Below are positions 52,128 to 59,071 of a stretch of 64,000 nucleotides of DNA, piece by piece. Below the pieces are notes generated by a model. That model had not been told where the DNA came from and ran no database searches. It saw nothing but the letters and a program-made list of their open reading frames with translations. The translations under genes were made by a program, and so were the position numbers. Source of the stretch: Candidatus Altimarinota bacterium (GTDB taxonomy: Bacteria; Patescibacteriota; Gracilibacteria; BD1-5; UBA2023); the NCBI GenBank assembly GCA_024709505.1, contig JANJWP010000003.1, positions 4,767 through 68,766 on the forward strand. The letters are read 5' to 3'. Position 1 is the first letter of the stretch. The number at the start of each line of letters is the position of its first letter.

Positions 52128-52138
52128 GGGAAAAATGT

Positions 52139-52429
52139 TTAGGAAATCTTCGCGAGGACGTATTCGAACGCGACGATCTTGTATTTTACGCCATCAACCT
52201 CGACTTCGTCGCCGGAATATTGGCCGGAGAGAACCTTGTCGCCCGGCTTGAGGTCGATGGTAACGGTTTTTCCGTCTTTATCGAGTTTTCCGGGTCCGAC
52301 CGCCACAACTTCGTAGACATTGGGGCGCTCCTTGTTGGCGGACTGGGGAAGGAGGATTCCGCCTTTGGTAACGTTTTCGGGTTCGACCCCTTTGAGGAGG
52401 ACCCGGTCGGAAAGAGGCTGGATCTGCAT
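52139..52429 (-). CDS. groS: Co-chaperonin GroES
   Basis: ATG at 52429. MQIQPLSDRVLLKGVEPENVTKGGILLP...YEVVAVGPG... 96 aa. TAA stop. Confidence 0.93.
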   Translation of the reverse strand: MQIQPLSDRVLLKGVEPENVTKGGILLPQSANKERPNVYEVVAVGPGKLDKDGKTVTIDLKPGDKVLSGQYSGDEVEVDGVKYKIVAFEYVLAKIS

Positions 52430-52472
52430 AAAGGAATGGTGGAAAAGATAAAATGCCAATCGTCGAACCGAT

Positions 52473-52499
52473 TTAGCAAGCGAATTATATACGTGCTAA
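52473..52499 (-). promoter_or_regulatory. CIRCE-like inverted repeat (HrcA operator candidate)
   Basis: Minus strand: TTAGCACGT-ATATAATTC-GCTTGCTAA. It has the same 9-9-9 geometry and TTAGCA/TGCTAA ends as canonical TTAGCACTC-N9-GAGTGCTAA. Confidence 0.6.
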
Positions 52500-52511
52500 T
52501 TTTGGAGTCAA
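52484..52511 (-). promoter_or_regulatory. Consensus promoter of the groES operon
   Basis: Minus strand: TTGACT (52506-52511), 16-nt spacer, TATAAT (52484-52489). The -10 sits inside the CIRCE spacer. Confidence 0.6.
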
Positions 52512-52543
52512 AAACTTTTTCATGAAATATTTTAGGAAAAAGT

Positions 52544-52571
52544 TTGACAAACGATTTTCGATAGATATAAA
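52544..52571 (+). promoter_or_regulatory. Consensus promoter driving the small-ORF locus
   Basis: TTGACA (52544-52549), 16-nt spacer, TATAAA (52566-52571), divergent from the groES promoter. Confidence 0.5.
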
Positions 52572-52650
52572 AATATCCGTTCCTGGGATTCGCGCCGAAA
52601 GGTAGCGGATTCTGGAACTTCCTGATCAAACAAATAGGAGGGCTTTACCC

Positions 52651-52749
52651 ATGAAATGTCAGCAATCGCCGCCCGGCTTCGCCGACCAACGCTTCGACGA
52701 CGCCTTCGCCATCACCGCCATCGCTGCCCAGGCCAGCGGCGCCACGTAA
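52651..52749 (+). CDS. Candidate small ORF A (32 aa)
   Basis: AGGAGG (52636-52641) 9 nt before the ATG. MKCQQSPPGFADQRFDDAFAITAIAAQASGAT, TAA stop. Coding status unproven. Confidence 0.3.
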   Translation: MKCQQSPPGFADQRFDDAFAITAIAAQASGAT

Positions 52750-52809
52750 CGGCCGCCGCAGCAGTCCGCAAGAGCCAAAAGACGAACGCCAAAAAGCACG
52801 GAGGTACGC

Positions 52810-52881
52810 ATGCAGCACTTCCGCACCCGGCCACGACGAACGCCCTGGCTGACAAGCCTCGGGGCGGGCGCAAATCCTTAG
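52810..52881 (+). CDS. Candidate small ORF B (23 aa)
   Basis: GGAGG (52800-52804) 5 nt before the ATG. MQHFRTRPRRTPWLTSLGAGANP, TAG stop. Coding status unproven. Confidence 0.2.
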   Translation: MQHFRTRPRRTPWLTSLGAGANP

Positions 52882-52901
52882 GGATGGCCTCCTAGGGTAA
52901 G

Positions 52902-52935
52902 GACCCCTCACGACGCGAGTCGCCGGGGTCTTTTT
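52902..52935 (+). terminator. Strong intrinsic terminator
   Basis: GACCCC..CGAC-GCGA-GTCG..GGGGTC compound hairpin followed by TTTTT. Confidence 0.75.
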
Positions 52936-52938
52936 CTT

Positions 52939-52966
52939 TTGACGATCGTTATTGGTTCGGTATAAA
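52939..52966 (+). promoter_or_regulatory. Consensus promoter for small ORF C
   Basis: TTGACG (52939-52944), 16-nt spacer, TATAAA (52961-52966). Confidence 0.5.
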
Positions 52967-53048
52967 TTTTCCGCCCGTCAAAGCGCCTCCAAAACGCCAA
53001 AAAGACGCGCGGGAACTTTTTTCAAAAACCAAGACGAAAGGAGCATCC

Positions 53049-53135
53049 ATGAAACGCGATCCCAGTTGGGCTCATGCCGCCAAGGTTCCCGTCCAGGGAA
53101 TCGGTCCGGCCATTCCGGACGGCGACGGCTGATAG
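53049..53135 (+). CDS. Candidate small ORF C (27-28 aa)
   Basis: AAGGAG (53038-53043) 5 nt before the ATG. MKRDPSWAHAAKVPVQGIGPAIPDGDG, then TGA TAG in tandem (53130-53135). Confidence 0.3.
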
Positions 53136-53211
53136 CAACTGAACCCGTAAGTACGCTCTCTAAAAATTCGGCAAAACTGCCTGACCGCAGCTGCCGGACT
53201 CGTCCGGCGCC

Positions 53212-53260
53212 AATCCCCAACCCCGCTTCCAAAAGCGCCAGTTGGGGATTTTCCTTTTTT
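53212..53260 (+). terminator. Strong intrinsic terminator
   Basis: AATCCCCAAC...GCTT-CCAA-AAGC...GTTGGGGATT followed by TTCCTTTTTT. Confidence 0.7.
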
Positions 53261-53279
53261 GCGACAACGGGGTTTCCGT

Positions 53280-53307
53280 TTGCCAAACCCCCCGTTTTTC
53301 CTATAAT
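53280..53307 (+). promoter_or_regulatory. Consensus promoter for secD, overlapped by a second hairpin (53267-53299)
   Basis: TTGCCA (53280-53285), 16-nt spacer, TATAAT (53302-53307). The ACGGGGTTT/AAACCCCCCGT hairpin plus T run covers the -35 and the spacer. Confidence 0.5.
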
Positions 53308-53323
53308 CCGGCCAACTTCGCGG

Positions 53324-55093
53324 ATGTCTGAAATCCGCGAAAACCATTACCGTCTCCTTATGTCCAAAGAAGCACCGAAAAGCCTTGGAGCCCGACTCGC
53401 CGTAATTGGAGCGATCACCTTCGCGTCCTTCGCTTACGCCTTCCCGTGGCAATCCCACGGAATCGACATGCCGTTCGAAACCGGCGATTACAAGCTCGGA
53501 CTCGACCTTCACGGCGGCGTCGAACTCGACTACAAGATCGATCTGGAAGAGGCAAAGAAAAAGGGGGGCGAATACAACGAAAAGAACATCGTCGAAGGAT
53601 TGAAATCCATCGTTGAAAAACGCGTCAATTCGCTTGGAACTGCCGAACCAACCATTCAAACGGCCTCTTACGGCAACGAATCCCATATCATCGTCCAAAT
53701 TCCAACCCAGGATTTTGGGGGAGATTTGAGCGAAGAAGAACGGAAGGCTAAAAACGCCGAATACATTTCGAAGGCGAAGGACACCATCGGAAAAGTCGTC
53801 CGGCTCGAATTCAAGGAAATGAAGTCGTCGATTACCGACGCCGACCGCACCGAGCGCAAAGCCTTGGCCGAGGCGGCGGCAAAAGAGGCTCTGGAAGCCA
53901 AAGATTTCTCAGTCGTCGGAAAGAAATACCGCGACAACTACGAAAACGTCGAATATCAAACCGGTTCCGGAACGCTCGAACAACTTCCCCGGGAATTCGT
54001 TTTCGAAGGAATCGGGGCGGTATCCGGCGCTCAAACCACCGAAGCTTTCGCGTCGCAGAAATCGGGAGGACTCACCATGGACGAAGGCGGAAAGATCGTT
54101 CCGCTTGAAGGAAACAAGGGGTTTTCGGTCGTTCGGATACGGAACGCCGTCGGCACCGGAAGCGGAAAAACCTACGAATACGAAGGGATTTTCGTAGACG
54201 AAAGGCCGTCGGTATGGACGCTTGCCAAAACGCTCGATGGACGGGCTCTTGACGAGCGGTATCTCATCCGGGCATCCGTCAGCTTCAATCAGGGATTCCA
54301 ACCCCAAGTCGAACTCCTCTTCAACGACGAAGGCGCGAAGATTTTCGGCGAACTTACCAAGCGGCTCGTCGGACAACAGCTCGCCATTTTCGTCGGAGGA
54401 CAGCTTCTTACCGATCCGGTCGTACAGACTACCATTTCCGATGGAAAGGCCGTTATCACCGGAAACTACACCCCCGAAAGCGCCAAACAGCTCGCCACCG
54501 ACATCAATACGGGCATCGTTCCGGCTCCCATCTACCTTACGAGCGAACGGGCCATCGACGCTAAAATGGGGAGCGATTCGCTCTCAGTCATCGTAAATGC
54601 CGGACTCATCGGACTCATCGCCATCGTGGCCTTCCTCGTTTGGGCATACCGCGTTTCCGGCCTTCTTGCGGGTATTGCGCTCGTCATTTACGCAATCCTT
54701 CTCCTTGCCATCGTCAAGTTCTTCGGAATCGTGCTGACCCTCGCTTCCATCGCGGGAATCATTCTCTCCATCGGCCTCGCCATCGACGCGAACGTCCTCA
54801 TCTTCGAACGCACCAAAGAAGCGCTTCGGGAAGGTTCCGACCTTAAGCGCGCGGTCGTTTCGGGCTTTGAAAAATCATGGAGCGCGATTTGGGATTCGCA
54901 TATCACCTCCCTTACTTCGGCGGTCATTCTCTATATTTTCGGCATTTCGCTCATCAAGGGATTCGGACTCATGCTCGGAATCGGCATCGTGCTTTCGCTC
55001 TTTACTGCCATGTGGGTTTCGCGCATTCTCATCCTCCACGTGAGCGAATCGTTCGAGGGACGCGAATCGAAATTCGTAGGACTGAAGAAATAG
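53324..55093 (+). CDS. secD: Protein-export membrane protein SecD
   Basis: ATG at 53324 (alternative 53360) inside track ORF 52952..55093. N-terminal TM, a large periplasmic domain (LGLDLHGGVEL...) and 5 C-terminal TM segments with SIGLAIDANVLIFER. TAG stop. No UGA. Confidence 0.9.
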   Translation: MSEIRENHYRLLMSKEAPKSLGARLAVIGAITFASFAYAFPWQSHGIDMPFETGDYKLGLDLHGGVELDYKIDLEEAKKKGGEYNEKNIVEGLKSIVEKRVNSLGTAEPTIQTASYGNESHIIVQIPTQDFGGDLSEEERKAKNAEYISKAKDTIGKVVRLEFKEMKSSITDADRTERKALAEAAAKEALEAKDFSVVGKKYRDNYENVEYQTGSGTLEQLPREFVFEGIGAVSGAQTTEAFASQKSGGLTMDEGGKIVPLEGNKGFSVVRIRNAVGTGSGKTYEYEGIFVDERPSVWTLAKTLDGRALDERYLIRASVSFNQGFQPQVELLFNDEGAKIFGELTKRLVGQQLAIFVGGQLLTDPVVQTTISDGKAVITGNYTPESAKQLATDINTGIVPAPIYLTSERAIDAKMGSDSLSVIVNAGLIGLIAIVAFLVWAYRVSGLLAGIALVIYAILLLAIVKFFGIVLTLASIAGIILSIGLAIDANVLIFERTKEALREGSDLKRAVVSGFEKSWSAIWDSHITSLTSAVILYIFGISLIKGFGLMLGIGIVLSLFTAMWVSRILILHVSESFEGRESKFVGLKK

Positions 55094-55120
55094 TCGGACG
55101 ATTTTCTTTCCCCCGAGGCC

Positions 55121-55834
55121 ATGATAGGGTTTTTCGATTCCGGAATCGGAGGACTTACCGTTCTCGCCGAGTTCCGGAAACGCTTTCCGGATTTTGATTA
55201 CGCCTATTTCGGTGATCGGGCCAACTGCCCATACGGCGATCGCGAGGATGAAGAAATCGTCGATTTGACCGAACGCGGAGTCGAGAGGCTTTTTCGCGAG
55301 GGCGCCGAAATCGTCATCCTCGCGTGCAATACGGCCACCGTCCATGCGATACGCTACCTGCAACAAGTCCGGTTTCCCGAAAAAAAGATTTTGGGCGTCA
55401 CCATTCCGGGCGCCGAAAAAATCGTCGAATCGGGATACCGCCACGTCGGAGTGCTCGCGACCGAATGAACCGTGCGGATTCGGGCATATAAAGAACGGGT
55501 CCATATTTTGGACGATTCGGTTTCGGTACACGAAATCGCGGTTCCCGAACTCGTCCCCCTGATCGAACGGGGCATCGTCGGTGGCGAAGAAGTGCGCGAA
55601 ATCCTCGCGGCGAAGACGTCGCAATTCCAAAACATCGAGGCGCTCGTGCTCGGATGCACCCATTATCCCCTCGTTCGAAAAGAAATCGAATCCTTGCTTC
55701 CGGGAATCGAAATCGTCGATCCGGGCGAAGAAGCCGCAAAAAAATTCGCTTCTTACCTAGAGCGACACCCCGAAGTAGAAGCGAAGATCTCAAGAGGCGG
55801 AACCCTTCGGATAAACTATTCCGAACCCACCTAA
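55121..55834 (+). CDS. murI: Glutamate racemase
   Basis: Track ORFs 55121..55468 and 55472..55834 are in frame through TGA 55466. Motifs FFDSGIGGLTV, ILACNTA, VLATE[UGA=G]T, LGCTHYP. TAA stop. Confidence 0.92.
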
Positions 55835-57573
55835 ACGCCCCAGTCCTTGTGATGGTATTCGCGAACCTTGTCGTCAACGTCGGCACGGTCGTACATCCGT
55901 AACAGGTAGTCGAAATCGACGAGGGCGGGAGTTGGGTAATTTCGTCCGTACAGGACGTAGTATTCCGGAGAAAACGCGTCGAGCGTCGAAAACCGGACGC
56001 CTCCGTTCGACGTCGCCATGGGAAGAAGGAATCCGTGCCCGTCAGTCCAATGGGAGTCGATGAACGTTTCTTTTGGGGTTTTTTGCGGTACCGCGGTCGG
56101 TTTCCGAATCGATTTCGGGGTTTTCGGAGGAAAAAACAACCTCGACAATATCGCCTTTTCGGACATTCCGGTCGCCGGAGCCAAAAACAGCCGGATGAAA
56201 AATTTGAGGTTCTTGATATCGAATCCCTTCATTTTTCGGGCCGAAGCCGTCAAAAGCTTTTTAAAGTCGTAATATTCGCCCGTTCGGAAGCCTCCCTCCA
56301 TTCCGCCAACGTACTGGAATTGCAGTTCGATGATTCCGGTCGTCCGAGAGCCGCCCGACTTTCCTCCGCGCATCGCGACCCTTCCGGTCAAATCGCCATT
56401 GGCAATGTCCTCGTCGGTCGAAGCCTTGAGATGGGAAATTTCGGCCACGTGGACTCCGCGGGCCTTCAAATCCTCCAAATCAACCAGATCGCCCTTTTGG
56501 TCGTATTCGCCCTTTTCGAACACGCGATGGGCAAAAAAGTCTATTGCGTTCGCCAGATGGGCCTTATGGGGATTCTCGGTCTCAAACCGGAGTCCGAGCA
56601 AATCCTTCAGCGAATCGACGCTGGTATACTTGCGGTTGAACGCCATCTTCAAAAGGATTTTGAAGAAATTCTTTTCGCGCATGTGGAGCGTGCCCTGAAA
56701 GAATTTTTCGGCGTTTTTTGCTTGGGGTGGAACGTAGGAGCTGAGGAATTTCCCTTCGCCGAGGTCTTTGAGCGTCACTCCGGGTTGCGAGCGGATTTTT
56801 TCAAGCACGAGGGCCGCTTCCTGGTCGAGTTTTTTATAGCGGTCGTTAGATAGAACGTCATGAACGTCGTCCATCGCCCGGATGACGGCGCATTCGATGA
56901 CCATCCCGTATCCGTTTTTTCGATTGCCCGGCTTCAGCGAATCGACGTGCGCGACGAATTCTTCGACCGAAGTAAATTTTCGGTTTAACTGGGTTTCTTT
57001 GGGAGTGATGCCGAGAAGGTCGAGAAAGTCGAGCGCGAGGCGGTAGGTTTTATTGATGGTTTCGACCGCTTCCCTTGAAGGAATCGGAGCCCCCCTTTCG
57101 TTCGTCAAAAGCGAATTGACGACCTTTCGGATTTCTTCGGTCGTCATGCTTTCGCTCGAAAGGAGATCCATTTCGGTCAATTCCGAAAACAACCGCGACT
57201 CTCCGTGCACGGCCTCATAGGAAGAAAAATCGTGGACCCCGCGATTGCGCAATGCCTGCGCGACATCGATTTTCATGCCCTGAGCGACTAGGTCGGCCAC
57301 CGATTTCCCGCCGGTCGTATCAACGAGCGCCGCGGCAACGCGTTCGCGGGTTTTTTCCGAGACGGTCGAAAGAAATGCCTGTGAAAGCCTCGCGAGCGTG
57401 AAGTGGTCCTTTTTCTCGTCATGAAGATGCTTTCCCGAAAAATGCCGCACCGGAACCTGCGGATAAGGACCGCCGATCAAAAAGGATTCGTCCCAATTCT
57501 TAGGGGATTTCGCGACGTTTTTTTGATGCGGAACAGGAGAAAGCGCGGGGACGTGGACTTTTTTTTGGGACAT
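55831..57573 (-). CDS. Large hypothetical protein (580 aa) with a possible RelA/SpoT-like nucleotidyltransferase core
   Basis: Intact ATG-to-TAG ORF. SLKDLLGLRFETEN and TGIIELQFQY resemble the D.xG.R and ExQIRT strands of alarmone-synthetase-type NTases. Motif-level inference only. Confidence 0.6.
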   Translation of the reverse strand: MSQKKVHVPALSPVPHQKNVAKSPKNWDESFLIGGPYPQVPVRHFSGKHLHDEKKDHFTLARLSQAFLSTVSEKTRERVAAALVDTTGGKSVADLVAQGMKIDVAQALRNRGVHDFSSYEAVHGESRLFSELTEMDLLSSESMTTEEIRKVVNSLLTNERGAPIPSREAVETINKTYRLALDFLDLLGITPKETQLNRKFTSVEEFVAHVDSLKPGNRKNGYGMVIECAVIRAMDDVHDVLSNDRYKKLDQEAALVLEKIRSQPGVTLKDLGEGKFLSSYVPPQAKNAEKFFQGTLHMREKNFFKILLKMAFNRKYTSVDSLKDLLGLRFETENPHKAHLANAIDFFAHRVFEKGEYDQKGDLVDLEDLKARGVHVAEISHLKASTDEDIANGDLTGRVAMRGGKSGGSRTTGIIELQFQYVGGMEGGFRTGEYYDFKKLLTASARKMKGFDIKNLKFFIRLFLAPATGMSEKAILSRLFFPPKTPKSIRKPTAVPQKTPKETFIDSHWTDGHGFLLPMATSNGGVRFSTLDAFSPEYYVLYGRNYPTPALVDFDYLLRMYDRADVDDKVREYHHKDWGV

Positions 57574-57623
57574 GGGACTTGGGAAACCGGAACGAACGGA
57601 TATAGTACGGAGAGAACCTCGCT

Positions 57624-57651
57624 ATTTTACCCTATCTTTCCAAAAAGTGAA
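57624..57651 (-). promoter_or_regulatory. Promoter with embedded AAGATAGGGTAA motif
   Basis: Minus strand: TTCACT, 16-nt spacer (ttttggaAAGATAGGG), TAAAAT, about 50 nt before ATG 57573. Confidence 0.5.
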
Positions 57652-59014
57652 GGAACCGCTCCCCTTTCTTTTTTATGGCCGGGCAAAAGTCGGGGATGCC
57701 GTCGTGGCGCTCGGACGTTCCCTCGGGCTCGAAATCGTCCAAAAGGACGATTCGGATTCGGACTTCCGGCCCGAGGACTACGCGGCAATCATTCCGACTC
57801 CGGGAGTGCCGCCGAACAATCGGGCCCATTCGGGAAACAACGTTCTCTCGGAACTCGATTTCGCCTACCGCTACCTTCCTAAAGGATTCAAAATCGTTTC
57901 GGTTACGGGAACGGACGGAAAATCGACGACGGCATGGATGCTGTTCGAGCTCTTTCGCCGCGAATATGGCCATGACCGGGTATTTCTCTCGGGAAATTTC
58001 GAAATCCCCTTTTCGGAAACGGTTCGTCGAATTCGGGAAAAAGGGCTCGTCCGGGGGATCGTGGTCATCGAATGTTCGAGCTTCATGCTCCATGACGTCG
58101 GCTCGAAACATTCGCTCTCAATGCTGAAAAAGCTTCCCGAAGGGGAACGCGAAGACGGATTCAAAAGCGATCATTCGATATTCACCAACATCGAGTCGGA
58201 CCACCTCAATTGGCACGCGAACCTGAAAGAATACCTCGACGACAAATTGAATCTCGTCCGCTTGACAACGGGAACCGCGGCGGTAAACGTCCAGATTTCC
58301 GAAAGGGCGGGGAGCTGGAACCTTCCCTTCGAACTCCTTCCGCAGATGCGGTTTTTCGGAGCGCTTAAAAACGGAGCGCCCCCCATCGGACCGAACGGAA
58401 CGACGGTGCGCGATTGGACCGACGGCGCCGACGTCGCGATAACGGGAAGGCGGAGGTACCACATGGCGGAAACCCGATTCGGCGGACTCCATAATGCCCT
58501 CAACGTCCTTTCGGTCGGGGTAATCGCGAACGCGATGGGGGTTTGTTCGAAGCGAACCCGGAAATATCTCGCGGAAATCGGCGGACTTCCCCACCGCCTC
58601 GAATTCGTAGTCGAAAAGCGGAACGTCCGCTACGTTGACGATTCCAAATCAACGTCGTGCCAAAGCCTGAAGGCCGCACTCTCGGCATTCAAACCGAAAT
58701 CGGTCCGACTCATTGCCGGAGGTTCCGACAAAGGCGATCCGTTCGAGGGGCTCTCCGATCCGCTCGGACAAAAAGTCACGTTCGCCGCACTCATCGGGGC
58801 GACGGCCCCGATGCTCGGCCGGATATGCGAAGCCGCCGGAGTTCCCTGTCGGATATGCGCCGACATGGACGAAGCAGTAAAAGCCGCTTCGGAAGGAGCC
58901 AAACCCGGAGATATCGTGCTTCTTTCGCCCGGATGCGCGAGCTTTGGGCTCTTCCGGGATTATTTGGACCGGGCGAACAAATTCCGAGAGGCGGTAGAAA
59001 AACTGCCGGACTAA
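57647..59014 (+). CDS. murD: UDP-N-acetylmuramoylalanine--D-glutamate ligase
   Basis: Motifs VSVTGTDGKSTT, ESDHLNWH, GLPHRLEFV, VDDSKSTS. TAA stop. GTG 57647 was preferred as the start. The track ATG 57572 would add 25 non-MurD-like residues and overlap the divergent start. Confidence 0.88.
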   Translation: MKEPLPFLFYGRAKVGDAVVALGRSLGLEIVQKDDSDSDFRPEDYAAIIPTPGVPPNNRAHSGNNVLSELDFAYRYLPKGFKIVSVTGTDGKSTTAWMLFELFRREYGHDRVFLSGNFEIPFSETVRRIREKGLVRGIVVIECSSFMLHDVGSKHSLSMLKKLPEGEREDGFKSDHSIFTNIESDHLNWHANLKEYLDDKLNLVRLTTGTAAVNVQISERAGSWNLPFELLPQMRFFGALKNGAPPIGPNGTTVRDWTDGADVAITGRRRYHMAETRFGGLHNALNVLSVGVIANAMGVCSKRTRKYLAEIGGLPHRLEFVVEKRNVRYVDDSKSTSCQSLKAALSAFKPKSVRLIAGGSDKGDPFEGLSDPLGQKVTFAALIGATAPMLGRICEAAGVPCRICADMDEAVKAASEGAKPGDIVLLSPGCASFGLFRDYLDRANKFREAVEKLPD

Positions 59015-59024
59015 CGAAACCGCA

Positions 59025-59054
59025 AACCCCTCCGGAAATCCCGGAGGGGTTTTT
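59025..59054. terminator. Intrinsic terminator between murD (+) and the NlpC/P60 gene (-)
   Basis: AACCCCTCCGG-AAATC-CCGGAGGGGTT followed by a T run. Confidence 0.8.
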
Positions 59055-59071
59055 CAGGGCGGAAGGCCCCG

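Noticed and set aside
52640-52935. A tmRNA, RNase P RNA, SRP RNA or 6S RNA in the GC-rich segment upstream of secD.
   Set aside because: I found none of the expected signatures: no tRNA-like 3' end (T-arm plus CCA), no Ala-rich tag ending in a hydrophobic tail, no GAGGAAAGTCC/ACAGAA P4 motifs, and no GGAA-tetraloop SRP domain IV. The two halves are not complementary enough for a 6S-type long hairpin. This was judged by eye only, so a covariance-model scan is still worthwhile.
52952-53323. The N-terminal 124 aa of the 713-aa SecD track ORF.
   Set aside because: This part covers a promoter, an SD-preceded mini-ORF in another frame and two terminators, and its translation is Arg/Pro/Ser-rich. 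The SecD-like sequence with its first TM starts after ATG 53324/53360, downstream of a TATAAT box.
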